Source: Octopus sinensis
Lineage: Eukaryota
Length of the DNA: 64,000 nt
Assembly: GCF_006345805.1 (NCBI RefSeq)
Contig: NC_043008.1
Span: 25,110,001-25,174,000, forward strand
Direction of reading: 5' to 3'
In this document: positions 39,101-52,640 of the stretch, one piece after another
Position numbering within the stretch: position 1 is the first letter of the stretch
Layout: every line of letters begins with the position of its first letter
The notes under the pieces: model-generated
What the model was told of the DNA's origin: nothing
Seen by the model: only the letters and a program-made list of their open reading frames with translations
Database searches by the model: none
Translations under genes and position numbers: made by a program

Positions 39101-39679
39101 CCCTTTAGCATTCAGATTATTCTATCAAATGTAATGTTTATTTATTCACATTGTTTTGAATTAGTCGTGATTATCTTGTATCTTTGAGATTTTGATCATG
39201 TGATTGTTTATTTTTTAAATAACATTGTAGGATAAGTGTGGGAGCCTTAATCTGGCCAGTTTGAGTGTAAAACAGGTGAAATATTTTGGCTGGATATGGC
39301 CAGTTTAAATGCTAACGAGTAAAGCTTACCAAAGAAATACAGCAGAAGAGAAAAGACTTTCAGGGTTGGTTCTTGTGTCAATTGAAAAACGATTTACTCC
39401 ACTTGATTAAAACAGGTTTCTGTGAAAATTTAATAAATATATTTGTTCTGAAAGATTAAAGAACTGAATTAATTTATAAAAGAGGTATGTAAATAATAAG
39501 TTTTTCATACAGCTCTTTAAAAAAGTTTTAAACACATTAAAACAGTAACCCCCTTGACCAGATAACAAAACTAATTTGGCTCTCTTAATTAAAAAATTTA
39601 AAAAACGGACTCAGCCCAACCAATAAATATTTATTGCATGACAAACCTCAAAAGTCATTGATGCCACTCTATATGTGTG

Positions 39680-39900
39680 TGTGTGTCTATTCTGTGTTTG
39701 TCTCCTTGTCCTCCACCACTGCTTGACAACCAGTGTTGGTGTGTTTACATCCTTGTAACTTAGTAGTTTAGCTAAAGAGCTTGATAGACTAACTATCAGG
39801 TTTAAGAAATAAATAGTGGGGTTGATTTGTTCAACTAAATTTCTTCAAGGCTGTGCTGTATCATGGCTGCAGTTAAATGACTGAAACAAGTAAAAGAATT
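39680..39900 (+). mobile_element. SINE-like element (6.1-kb family)
   Basis: Ends ATGGCTGCAGTTAAATGACTGAAACAAGTAAAAGA; homologous to the reverse complement of 6050-6290. Confidence 0.75.
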
Positions 39901-40364
39901 TAAAAAATGCTTAGCTGATTATGTTAAACATGTTGACAGCAAAGCAGGTGTCAACTACATTCATATTATTATAGTAAGTAACTTATAATATACAATATTT
40001 ATTGGATGCAAATTAATTTCATTAAGCTAGACTGCTGACAGTGAAGGATCCAAGTAAAAGGGCATGTGTAAATATAACAGCGACATTTTGGAGGATTGTT
40101 ACTGCTTAATATGAAGTGTGTTTTGATGCCAAAATGGAATTTATTATTGCAATTCATTTTTTATTTGTTTCAACGCTTTAGTATTTAAACTGGCCATAAT
40201 ATTCCATCTGTTTTATGTTCAAACTGGCCAATTCTAGCCTTTCATACCAACCTTACAATATCATTCTAAAAATTAACAGCTACCCCATCAAAATCTCAAA
40301 GCTACAAGATAATCCAGATTAATTCAAACCAATGAGAACAAATAAGAACACAACACACAACATA

Positions 40365-40600
40365 TTTGTGTGTTGTGTTCTTGAGCAAGACATTTTATTT
40401 CATGTTGCTCCAGTTCACTCAGCTGTAGAAATGAGTTGTGATGTTACTGATGCCAAACTATTGGCCTTTGGATAATATTGATTGCATGAAGAGGGGAGGT
40501 TGGTATGCATGGGTGACTGCTGGTCTTCTATAAACAACCTTGCCTGGGTTTGTGCCTTGGAGGGTAACTGTCATTCAGGACCAAAGGGGGTCTTTCCTAT
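40365..40600 (+). mobile_element. SINE body, head missing
   Basis: GAGCAAGACATTTTATTTCATGTTGCTCCAGTTCACTCAGCTGTAGAAATGAGTTG matches the reverse complement of 41150-41205. Confidence 0.75.
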
Positions 40601-40984
40601 ATTTGACAGAATATTGTGAATGCTAGAGGATTAAAGATCATTAGAGACAATGTTTGGGAATTGGGTCGCACACACACACACACACACCACGCACAAACCA
40701 CACACACAAATTAAGTATTTCCTTATGTAACAGGTATTGTGAATGCAATATGTGTAAGAAATATATTGAATATACTTAAAAATTTATCTTTACACTTGTT
40801 TTCCATTTATACTGAATGTTCAAACAGTAACAAGGAATTGTCACAAGGTGTAGTTAACTGTTGTCATGATAGACATAGGATGAAGGGTATGTGATACTGG
40901 TAGTTGAGTTGGGTTCTGGCTGTGTAAAATGAATATACAACACACGTAAACAATTAGAATAGAATAGACGCCCTTTAGTTATGA

Positions 40985-41284
40985 ATGACCATAGGATTGC
41001 ACCTAGAAAGTTACCCTCTGAGGCACAAGTCTGAACCAAGTTGTTTATGGAAGGCCAGCAGTCACCCATGCACACCAGCCTCTTCTCTCCTAACCACCAA
41101 TGTTATCCATGGGAAAGGCAGAAGCCAATACACTAGTAACATTGCAACTCATTTCTACAGCTGAGAGAACTGGAGCAACATGAAATAAAGTGTTTTGCCC
41201 AAGAACACAACAGACAACTCGGTCTGGGGATCGAACTCAGCATCTCACGATTGTGAGCCCGACGCTCTAACCACTGGGCCATGC
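40985..41284 (-). mobile_element. tRNA-derived SINE with intact pol III boxes
   Basis: Minus-strand head GCATGGCCCAGTGGTTAGAGCG (A box) ... GAGTTCGATCCCC (B box), followed by a non-tRNA body. Confidence 0.85.
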
Positions 41285-41922
41285 AGAATTTTATTTCATG
41301 GCATGTTGGGCATGAATTAAAAGTTTCCATGCTGGTCATGAGTTAAAAATGCAACAACAAACTTTACACACTGAAAGGGACAATTCTATAGCTTTTACAA
41401 ATAGCTGATTAAGAAGGCTTTGTAATTATGCTGCCAAGACAAGAGGAAATGTACACACTGGGTTCATACTGGTGAATAAAAGCTGCTGTCTGGGTTGAGT
41501 ATAAGTCATGAGACTAACTATTAAAAGCAGCAAAATGAGAATGTGGTTAGCTGCAGGAAGTCACAAACTGAAGTTTCACACCCAAAAATACCTATTTATA
41601 AGCTTTGCAAAGGGACGTTCTAAAAGAAGCATCATGTAATGTCTTGATGCTGATCGGCTGATCACATGAACAATATGTTGCTGAACTGTGATTTTATCTT
41701 GGCAATTTGTTGACTTGGTTATGAGTCATGCTACAAAATAATATCTCATTTACTCCTTACATATGTATCGTTTGAAGTATAACGGAAAACATGGAATTTT
41801 AAACATGTATTATATTGTTGTGGAAGGATTCCGACCACTCACCCCTTCCAAGTGACTAAAAGTAGACCGACTCATTGTTTTAAAACAAAGAACTGTCAGC
41901 AGTTCAGTGTAAGCAGTTCACT

Positions 41923-43775
41923 GTAATTTTGAGTTATTGAAGTCGAGTTATATTTGTGAGTGGAGCGTGAATTTATTGTTGATTATTGCTGTTGTAAATA
42001 CCGTTGTTAATATCGTTAAATTTTTGTGTTGCTAAATTTTCCCATTGAGGAAAATGGAGAAGGCGCCAGAGGGCAGCCACAGTTATGCAGCCGCAACTGG
42101 AAGAGGAGCGGATAAAGAAGCATTGGAGACTTTTGAAATACACGTCGAGCCCAGGAAGATGAAGACTAGCGAGAAGCTGCTGAAAAAGGAAGGCGAGAAG
42201 ATAATGTTGACGCCACCCGAAGAACTAATGAACAGCGTTATGAAGAAGACAGTGACATACAAGACCATGAAGGTTGCTACAAGGAGAATTGAGTTAGCAA
42301 CTGTGGAGGAGATTGAGAAGGTGTTGGAAAGTATGAAAAACGTGATAACCTTCAGAGTAAGAGGCAGAAAATATGCCACTGTGGATGTGCGTTTCACATC
42401 GGAAGAAGAAGCGATAAGGCATGCTACGGAAGCAATCCGCTCATTAGAATGGATTCTTCTGCCATCCTATTGCGGAAAACGGGTGGCGAGAGTTCGGGTA
42501 GGCAGGCGCCCCCAGAGTTGGAGGAGGCATGGCTAATGACGGCCATTATGTACAACATGGAAGACGAGGCCAGAATATTGAAGGCCACCAGGACAAACAA
42601 GCTGGACTACTGGGGCTACGGGTTGGAGCTAACAATCCAGGCAACTGTGGAAGATCTGAACAGAATAGCAGAGGAGATAGGTAATCTCTTACTTGACGTT
42701 TTTACACTAAGAATGACGGTGGAGAGCAGGCCGCCTGTATGTTTCGAATGCGGCGAAAAGGGACACATGAAGGCGAGATGCCCACGAAAAGTACAGAGAG
42801 AGACTGAAGAAAATGTCGAACAGGCAGTGACAGTCGAGAATTATGAGAAAACAGCTGAAGATTTCACGCTAGTGGAAAGAAAAAGGAGGTGCGGTAGGGT
42901 AAGGCAGCCACCGACTAACCAAAAAAGAGAAGAAAGAGGTTATGAGAAAGATGATAAAAGTGAGACGGAAAAGGAAAGTGAAGAAATAATTAAGAAAGTG
43001 TGACAATGAGTCAGAGAAGGAGGAAGCAAGTAAGAAGATGACAAGTGGAATAACGGAAGATTCAGGAACTCAACTACAAGAGGATGAGATGGAGAAACTG
43101 TCTACAGTAGAGATGGAGAAAGAGAAGTTCCCAGAGAAGAGTATAGAAGAACCTATAATAGGAAGGGTAGTGGAGGAAGACAGGAGAAAGCCGAGAGGAG
43201 GGAGGAACAAATGGAATTTTGTGACCTATTCTAAAAACAAGGAGGTGGAGAAAAAATCGTAAATTTCAAGCACATCATAAGAGCAAAGTTACCCAAGGCC
43301 GTGTACCCAGAGAGTGTTAAGGCCATTTGTGGTTGATAGGGAAACCTATAAGAAACTTAGAGGCATGTGCGGGAGTAGAATTGACCCAGCCGGAGCGGTG
43401 ATGGAGTTCAATGAGCTGCCACCAGTAATTGATTTGTTAGAACTGGAGCCGTATATGAAACGTTAAAGAGGAAAAAAAAGTAAAATTACTTTGTTTTTTA
43501 CAAAAAAAAGGAAGAAAAGAAAGGAAAACGTTTTTGAGGAAAAAAAACGATAATTAGGGAAAGTAAAAAATCAATAGATAGAGTTACAAGACTGTGTGTA
43601 CAAACATTTAAATGCTATTGCATGAGGAGTGGGGCCCATGCAGCCATTTCATCTTTCATTATTATATGACATTCATATTCATTCGTTTCATGTTTATTGT
43701 CCCCCACTGTGGTGTTGTGTCTGTCCTTGTAGTGTCCCCTCTGTGTTAGTGGCCTGAGTGCCAAAATAAAGAAAT
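41923..43775 (+). mobile_element. ORF1-only (half-L1-like) non-LTR element inserted in the 5' LTR
   Basis: T-rich leader; ORF1 from ATG 42054 to about 43466 (SYAAAT, RRM-like RGRKYATVDVRF, zinc knuckle CFECGEKGHMKARC, E/K-rich tail, frameshifted). About 310-bp 3' UTR ending GTCCCCTCTGTGT..AATAAAGAAAT, with no ORF2. Candidate 13-bp TSD TAAGCAGTTCACT (41910-41922, 43776-43788). Confidence 0.75.
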
Positions 43776-45180
43776 TAAGCAGTTCACTTTGAGGCGTTGA
43801 AAGAGAGCGATGAGTGTCATGTAACAGTAATTGTAGTGCGTCGTATAAATAATGTCTTTCCCCCTGCTTCGTTAAATTATTTATCCAACACCAGGATATA
43901 AAAGTGGTGACGAATTGTTCGAAGCTTGCGTTGGACGTTTAGAATTTTTGTTTTTTGGTACAAAACCAAAGAAAAAATCGTTTGAACACGAAAGATTTAT
44001 TGGCTTCAATGGTGTAGTTGCAACAGCAACAACAATGGCAGTTACAAGAGCAACTGCAGCAGCAACGTCTACAACAAAATCAACAGTTGCTGGAGTTAAT
44101 AAAGAAGTCTGAAAATACTTCAGATTCGTACTTTCTAGACAGTGTAGTAAACCCAGTTGAAGAATTCAGTTACAATCCAGAAGAGATTACCTTCTCTGCA
44201 TACTTTCGAAGATACGAAGAAATCTTCAAAGAATGTAAAAATTATTCTGACGAGAAAAAAAGTACGATTTTTAAGAAAACCATCCACTGCCGAACACAAA
44301 ATATATAATAATCATATTCTGCCGAAGAAGCCAAGTGAGATTTGTTTTGATGAACCAATTGATATTTTTTCAAAAACTTTTAGTAAAAGAAGTTCCCTGA
44401 TCAATACACGCTGGTAATGTTTAAATTTTGTCAAAAAAGATTATGAAGATTTCATCATCTGTACTGGGTTTGTTAACAGAGTGAGTGAAAAATTTAAATT
44501 AAAGGAATTAACCCCGGACATGTTCAAATGTCTAATTTTTGTTCAAGGGTTTACTGCAAGCATAGATGCAGACTTATGTTCCCAGATATTGACAAAATTA
44601 GAACAGGACCAAAGTTTAACTAACACATGACGCAGAAAAAATTGAAGAAAAAGATTCTTCTCATATACATTGGCAAGACACTGTAAAATAAAACCTAAAA
44701 AAAGGTTTAACTGAAAAAAAATCACGTAAACAGATTATCGGTGACAAGAAATACGAACGAACCTCACAGGAAATTTGTGTATATAAAAACTAATAACACA
44801 GACGTAAAGTTACAGTCATATCTCGATAATTAATACAGATACATAGAAAAAATCGGGAGATCTAGATTAAAAGAAATTTTGAAAATTGCCTGTACTGTTT
44901 CAGGAAGAAAATTACATTTTATGGACGAATCGTGTTGTATAATACAAATTTATTCAGAACATATGGAATTATTTAACTTATGGGACCTCCTCATAAATCT
45001 TTTCAGTAAAAGTGTGAATGGTTTTTCCACCAGTATAAATAAATCGTCAGACGAATTGAAGTTCTGTCTGATGAATTAGGTCTGTGCACCAAAACGAGGG
45101 CGCAGTTTCAAATACAAGGAAACGTCATAACGGTATTTAAACAAAAATTAATTATACCTTTCGCGGAATTAGAACAGACT

Positions 45181-46062
45181 TGCCCGGGATTAAGTTACGA
45201 TTATTAAGCTAATCAAGTTCTTTATTTCAAACCAAACTAAGTAATATAAGACGTCAAATTTGGGCGAAATCCGTTGAAATTAGTTATATATAATATAATA
45301 TAATATATAAATAAATATGGGCGACAGACACGAACACACGTACGTACACCTATTTGCATGTTTTGTGCACGCATACATGTTCATAAACAGAAATGAAATG
45401 AAAAAATGTTAAATTTGTAGATTAACACTTGCACAATTTTCACTAAGAAAAACAATCGTTTTTCTTTTTGCATGAAATCAACTACTCTGGCCTCAAAACC
45501 CTTTTTGTGGTCTGTGAAACGGAGTGGGGTGTGGTGGAAGCCTCGCAAATTGTACCCATTTATATTGTGCAATTCACTGACAAATTGTTACTCACCTCTT
45601 TGTTTCTTTGTTGTTAAATAAATGATTTTAAATAAATATATTGTAATCGTTGTGTGAGAAAGTATATATACTATGATTATAAAATATAGTGTGCCTTTCA
45701 AAAACAAAACATTTTACATTTTATTTTTTATGAACGTAGTCACTTACGCTCTCTCTCCCTCTCTCACTTCGTTTTTCCCGTGAAACTCTCTGCCTCCTTC
45801 TTCCACTTTTCTTTATCTTATTTTTTTTATTATACGCCATCAAAAAGCAATGGCTGATATTTGTTATGGTTAAAAGCTATGGTTGAAAATAGATTTTTAC
45901 CCTATCCGCAGGTGCCTCGGGAAAAAAATAAGTTGACAAAACCCAGATAAGATGTTGACAAATGTCCTCCTAAAATTTGAGCGACATGCGTGCTAATTTG
46001 TGGATGTGCATAAATTACAATCGCGTACACACGCACACACATCATCCCTTTTATAGATATGA
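45181..46062 (+). mobile_element. HINE/DINE-like insertion interrupting Gypsy pol
   Basis: Homologous to 14497-16062. Gypsy pol stops at ..PFAELEQT (45180) and resumes at KVEYSQWASP (about 46095). Confidence 0.65.
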
Positions 46063-48697
46063 TAAACTAAGAGACTAGAAAAATTTTTTTCCAAAAAGTG
46101 GAATATAGTCAATGGGCATCACCAATTGCATACATTAAGAAAAAGACTAATAAATTTAGAGTGAGTGCTGATTTTTCCATTGGTTTAAACTAATGGCTTA
46201 AAACGTTCCACTATGTGCTACCTATCTTCGAGAATGTATTTGCGAAATTAAATGGTGGTAAGATATTTTCTAAATTGGATCTCTCTGGTGCGAATCTACA
46301 AATTAAAGTAGACGACAAATTCTCTAAATACCTAACAATTAACACACACAAAGGAATATTTGGTTTAAAAGTCGCACCAGCGACTTTTCAACAGATTATG
46401 GATGTAATATTAGTGGACTGTAAATTTGCAATGGAGGATATACTTATTAAAAGCGAATCCCGGAACCATCACGTAGAGCACGTAAAATATGCGTTTGAAA
46501 AAAAACAGGGATTACAGCTTTATTCTGTATGAAGAAATGTGGAAATTTTCTTACCGAAAATAAAAAGAATCATTGACAGAAATGGACGTCGACCAGATCT
46601 GTCGCAGGCAGACGCAATTAAAAATATGTCCCCTCCGACAAATATAGCGACCTTACAAGCTTTTTGGGACTGGTAAATTATTACCAAAATTATATTCCAG
46701 GTATGCATAAGTTAAGGGTTCCACTAAATCTAAAACAAATGTAAACTGGAATTGGTCTGAAAATTTACGAAATTAAAAAAAATATTAACATCTGATTTGG
46801 CCTTAGCACATTTTGATCCTGAAGCGGAGTTTGTTGTAGCTTCAGATGCCTCTGAATACGGTATCAGAGCAGTAATTCTTCATACATATAAAGACGGTAT
46901 CATGAAGGCAGTGGTTGATGGCTCACCTTCTGATATCAGCAGAGAAAAATTACTGTCAAATTGAAAAAGAAGCTTTAGCGATTATTTTTGCCATAAAAAT
47001 AATTTCACAGACTTTTACACAGCAGAAGTTTGTGACTACAGACTATATCGATAAAACCGGACTACATCGTCCGGTTTTATCGATATATGGGTCGAAGAAA
47101 GGAATCCCTTCCCATACTGCTAATAGGTTGCAACGCTGGAATATTATATTGTTAAACTATGATTTTAAGATGGAGCATGTACCATCTAAGAAATTAGGAT
47201 ACGCTGATTGTTTATCAAGACTGGCTTTGCGAGCGGAAAATGAAATTAAAAATTTTTTGTGTAACGTCTTACGTGAACTGCCAGTCACATTACAAGACAT
47301 GAAATTAAAATCGGAAAATGATAAATTCATTAAAAAATTGTAAGAAATGCTGAAAGAGATAAAAGTATGTGCAACAAAAATGCGAACCTGTTCTCAACGT
47401 GTGACCGCGTGTTGATGTACGCACAAAGAGTTGTAGTGCCAGCCACACTACAAAAGCGATTACTAAAGGAATTTCACATCGGTCATCCAGTAATTTCGAG
47501 AATTAAATAGTTAATAAGAAGTTCTATATATTGGTCAACAATGGACCGTAGCATTGAAGAACTAGTTAAAGCATGCAGAGGGTTGCCTTAGCTGCAAAAA
47601 CACCTACCACTAAATGGTAACCTTCACCAAAAACAGATAAATTAACCCCTCCCCATATCGCGCACTCAGTACATAGAATTTTATTGGCTAATATATGTAA
47701 ATTTATATCGCAGACTCCTCAGAATATCTGGGTTCCCGCGGCCAATAAGTATTTATATTTTTTAATGTTTTAATTATTTCTGTGGGTGGTTTTGGAACGT
47801 AACACCTGCGATAGTCGAAGGATTGATATATACTATGGTCCAGACTGCATGTTAATGGCACGGATTCCCTTAAGGGTTTATATTACCTTGTTGTGGTCGA
47901 ATGCTTTTCAAAGTGGCTTGAATTGCATAAACGTTTTAAAAGGCTGACATCTGTGGTTGCAGTATGTTTTTTTTACACGAATTGTTCACCAGATGTGGTA
48001 TCTCTGATACCATTGTGTCTGATAATGGAACTCAATTTACATCAGACGAGTTCAGAAAATGTTGTGAAATATTCGCCATCAAACATGTCACCACTCCGCC
48101 GTATCATCTTAGATCAAATGGACAAGCGGGGCATTTTGTTAACACTTTCAAGAGGGCGTTGAAAAAGGCGAACAATGAAATAATGGCAGACCATGCATTT
48201 CAACAATTTCTAAGCGTGTATTGAGTAACACCTAATCCTCAGTACCCCTTCTGGAATGTCACCTACAAAGATGATGTTTACCAGTAAAATCAGATCCATT
48301 TTTGATAAGCTGATACCGAGTGAAATAGAAAAAGGCAAACAATAAATATACTTCAAAATTATTAAAGTTAGGTGACAATGTTTTTTAAAACCTATAGATA
48401 TGGTAAAGGAAGCTGGGAGGGCGGTGTAATCATTAAACAAACTGAAAGAACGTTATTCCTGGTAAACGGGAAAATGTCTGACATAAAAGACATACTAATC
48501 AACTTTAAAAATGATTCACACAAAAAACATTCACGTGAAATAAAAATCCTCGTGGAAGTATTGTACGACGCGTTTGAGGTACCAACACCCAAACAATTTG
48601 AAACTACACGTTATAGTACCAGAAAACAGAAAAAACTGAAACACTGGAATAAGAGATATTAAAACTCAGGGCGGAGACTAATTCTAAAAAGGGGAGA

Positions 48698-48903
48698 TGT
48701 TGTGGAAGAATTCCAACCACTCATCAAGTGACTAAAAGTGGGCTGACTCATTGCTTTAAAATAAAGAACTGTCAACAGTTCAGAGTTTACTGTGGGCTGT
48801 TGATAGTGTTGAAGTCTCGTGTAACAGTAATCATAGTGCGTCGTATAAATACTTTCTTTCCCTTTGCTTTGTTAAATTATTTATCCAACACCAGGATATA
48901 AAA
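48698..48903 (+). repeat. 3' LTR (206 bp)
   Basis: TGTTGTGGAAG.ATTCC.ACCACTCA start and GTTAAATTATTTATCCAACACCAGGATATAAAA end are shared with the two halves of the 5' LTR. Confidence 0.9.
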
Positions 48904-49061
48904 TATATATATATGCATATAAGTGTATCTGTGTGCATGTGTTTGTGTAGAAGACGTCTCCATGTATATATATATTACACCTCCCGTTAAATACCAGCAA
49001 ACACATGTCCTGCTCGTGGCATTTGTTTCATTTGTATTCAATAGACTACAAATTCGTTTTG

Positions 49062-49827
49062 TGATTCTTTATTACCCACCAGGGGGCGACACAGAGGGGG
49101 ACACCACAAGACATGGGGACATAGAACATTATAATTAAAATTTATGAAAAATGAATTGTTAAGTGAAAAAAAATGATTATATGAAAGCGATACCAACGGC
49201 CCCATCCGTTAGCATCACTTACCTGTCCTTTGTTTTTCATCGTCACTTGAATGTTCTTTGCCAATACGAATAAATTCCATATCCATTCTTACTCCGAAAT
49301 ACTCATCCATATTTTCCACGAATTCATCGCTCATTCTTATATCCTTCACCTCCCAATTCTCCCTTTCACACCTCACCATAAACTCATCTATGTTCTTCTT
49401 TTCAAACACAGCATACCTAGTCTCACCAACTTCATACCATTTATACTCTTCCATTAGACTTTTAACTTCTTTCTGTTCAGTCATAGTACAAATGTACGGC
49501 CTGATATCGAATTCAATCTCTTGTCTGTCTGTATTATTTTTTTCTTTTGTTTTCTTGTTGGGGGGGAGCGGGTGGGTTCACTGTTTGCAGGGATAGGGTG
49601 GGACTCAGAGGGTGTGGGTGGTTTTGGGGTAGATTGGTGTTCCATGTTATTTTCTTTTCCTCGTATTCTTCTCTTCCTCTTATTTCCAGCTTCCTTCCAT
49701 TTCTGTGTATTCTCTTCCTCTTCTACTGTCTCCTTCTCCTCTGGTTTCTGCTTCTCTCTTTGTGGTTCGGAATCCATTTCTTTCCCTGGGGGAGGGCAGA
49801 AGGCTCTTATGTGACCCCTCAGGCCAC
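49062..49827 (-). mobile_element. 5'-truncated ORF1-only non-LTR element with 17-bp TSD
   Basis: TSD ACTACAAATTCGTTTTG at 49045-49061 and 49828-49844. ORFs 49481-49777 and 49215-49484 form one frameshifted E/K-rich ORF1-like tail. The 3' end reads GTCCCCCTCTGTGT..AATAAAGAATCA like the 42-kb element. Confidence 0.75.
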
Positions 49828-52640
49828 ACTACAAATTCGTTTTGATGAGCATGCACAGTATGAGTCCATCAGAAAGTGTCCCTAACCACAGTAGGCTTAG
49901 TTGAGGACTGATTATTTTCATATGTTTACAATCCTATTTGCATATACATGTTTTTCTCTCCTTCCAAGTAAATCCTGGTTGTAAGATATTCCACTTTGCT
50001 CATATCTCCCTTCATATTTAAAACTTTTTTCAAGTAGTCATCCTGTCCTGTATATATTGGCATATTTTGTTTCAGATTTCATATACTTTGCATATACGTT
50101 TACATATTTTATTATCTTTTATGTTGTTCCTTCTTTTCTCACAAATTGTAAATCCACCAGCTTGTTTTTCAGAATTAACTCACAGAAACTTGAACGATTG
50201 CACTTGCTTGAAAATTTCACATTAATTTGGAATAAATCATTAATTGCATGTATTAAGTACTTTTATTCTCTTTATATTTCCGAATGCTGATGTATTCCAT
50301 ATATTTTCTATTGAATTTGCTACATTGTACATATTTTTAAATGTTCAATTCATTTTCTTTTTTAAATTTATATTTCACATATAATTTATCAATTTTGCAT
50401 ATGCTTTAGACTAACTGATGTATTAAGACAGCTGAGATATTGAAAAACCCTGTACATCCTAACACTTTAACATATCAAGCACCTCTATCTAAAACCACTT
50501 GTTGCACACATTTCACGTCATCTTCTTGCTTGTATTGCATCTCGATCCTTGACTCTTCACTAAATACAATGACTGACTGTCCTTGTTTCCAACATCCCTC
50601 TGGAATTCTATGCTTTCTTATATTCTCATTCTGGCCACTAACTTACAAACTCTTAAACTGATTATTAACTTTGCCCATTCATCTTAAAGCTAAGTAGGGC
50701 CTGGAATAACTGTAGACAATGCCCCTCCTATTTATCTGACTAAATATAGAATGAAATTGTATGTTAAATTCAAATTGGCTTGAAATGAAATTTTGTTCAA
50801 TCTGTATGCATAATCATTCATGTTATGAACAAGCGCTGAAGTGGGTTTTAAACAGACAAATCTGCAATTAGTTCTGTATTCCAGTTTAAATCATTTCATT
50901 TATAATGCTAATGCTTCTGAGAAAGATATAATACTACACGTCCATATCTCTTTATATGCAGTGGCTGAACTGAAAATAAAATTTGGAAATGCAGTGGTTT
51001 GCATTAAGTGCCACAATTTATATTACTGTGAATGAGCAAAATGCTGTTAATGACATCAACTGCATATAATTCGAATGACATCTCTTATGGTATTGTATAA
51101 GCTTGTGCCAGTCTATAAAAGTCAGACTAAAATACTATTGTTACATCAACAAACTGCAGCTTTTATTATATCATACATGTGTCAACATTTTTGAAAATCT
51201 TTATACATAATACTATCATGACAGCTTTCAGAATATAGTTAAATGGGATCAGTTTCTTTGGATCACATTTTCCCCCACCTCTTTTACATCTTTGCCAGAA
51301 TATAACATTTGAAAGCTCAGTTTGTTGCCTTTATAGCTCTTTCATTACATCTGATGCAAATATTTTTGCTTAATAGAATTAGATTTTACTATAAAACCAT
51401 TAACGTTTTAAAAGATGCACATTTCCTTATTTATATGCTTTCTTTCTTGTAGACTTTCAGTTTTAATCTATATAATCTTAGGCAGTTAGCCAAGTCCCAA
51501 TGTATAACTTAGCTTATCAATTGATTAAACATTCAGTTTCAATCATTTCCATTTTTTTTTTAGTTTTTATTATTTCCTTTTTGCTTTGTTTTACAATTCT
51601 TATCAATTTCATTCATTTCATCATTTTGCTAATGTTTTTCACTGGATACACTACTACTCCTACTACCTCTACCATTACAACAACGACTACAACTGCTGCT
51701 GCTGATACAATAATATGATTAAAAGAAACTTGGGCAGATGACTGCAGTATTTGGTAGTGTGGTAAAGTTTAATGTATCAACTTTCATGCTTGAGTAGCAG
51801 TAGAAACATTTAAGTCAAATTCATCAGGATTCAAAATCTGAACTTAAAAGGAAATAACTAAGTAGGATAGTGTGTTTAGTCTGATATAGTTCCAGTTCCT
51901 ATTTATATAGGACCATTCATATTGATTGGATCTATAGTTGGAACATAGTAGCACATAGTTTCTGCCATTCTATTACTCAGCCACAAATAAAAAAAAATCT
52001 GTTGCCAAAAGTAATTTTGGTGACAGTTTATTTCCACATTACACCGTTATAGTGACTTTTTTTTTTTTTCACTCAGCTAGATGAAAAGCTCAACTATCTT
52101 AATAGCTAAAGGCTATTTTAACAGAATTAGCTACAGTAGATTACCAATACTTATTTTCTTGACTCCAAATTGATGGAATCATCTTCAGAAAGGTATAAAG
52201 CATGAATGAAATCCTGTTAGAGTGGGATTTTGCATACTTTGAAAAGCAATCAGCAAAATAGTTTTTCACTTTCAAATAGAAGTTGAGAGAGTAATGGACA
52301 CATCCCATAAGTAGAAAAATCTTGTGACTCTAAACATGAAATGAAGAAAGGAAATGACAGCCAATTGCTATACCATTTCAGTCAACTTGCTTGATATTTT
52401 TTTGTTAATGTTTTTCAAAGAAAGAAAGGCAGCATTCATGAGCCTTTCTGTGGCTTTTTAGACTGGTGAAGGAAGGAGAGAAGAAAGAAAAGAAGGAGGT
52501 TATTCTTAAACCAATCACCTGATTTGCAATAAAGTAAACTATGCTAAATGCAACAAAGAAGCACCTACTTATATTAAACTGAGCAAAGGATTCATTAATT
52601 AATTGATTAATTAATCAGTTAATAACAACAAAAATAATAA

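Larger units (their letters stand above)
41816..48903 (+). mobile_element. Gypsy LTR retrotransposon (Mag-like), degraded, with nested insertions
   Basis: 5' LTR 41816-43903 (split by an insertion) and 3' LTR 48698-48903. PBS-like TGGTGACGA 43905-43913, PPT AAAAAGGGGAGA 48686-48697, flanking TATAT on both sides. gag FSYNPEEITFSAYFRRYEEIF; RT SQWASPI, FSKLDLS, GLKVAPATFQQIMD; RNase H AEKNYCQIEKEALAIIF; integrase IVSDNGTQFTS..PPYH..SNGQ. Confidence 0.92.

Noticed and set aside
36207-39669. CAGTGGCAT/ATGCCACTC as the ends of the hAT element
   Set aside because: 8/9 match only, and the flanks are TA repeats so the 8-bp TSD cannot be confirmed.
41220-41284. tRNA gene
   Set aside because: It has A and B boxes but no complete cloverleaf and continues into a SINE body seen elsewhere in the window.
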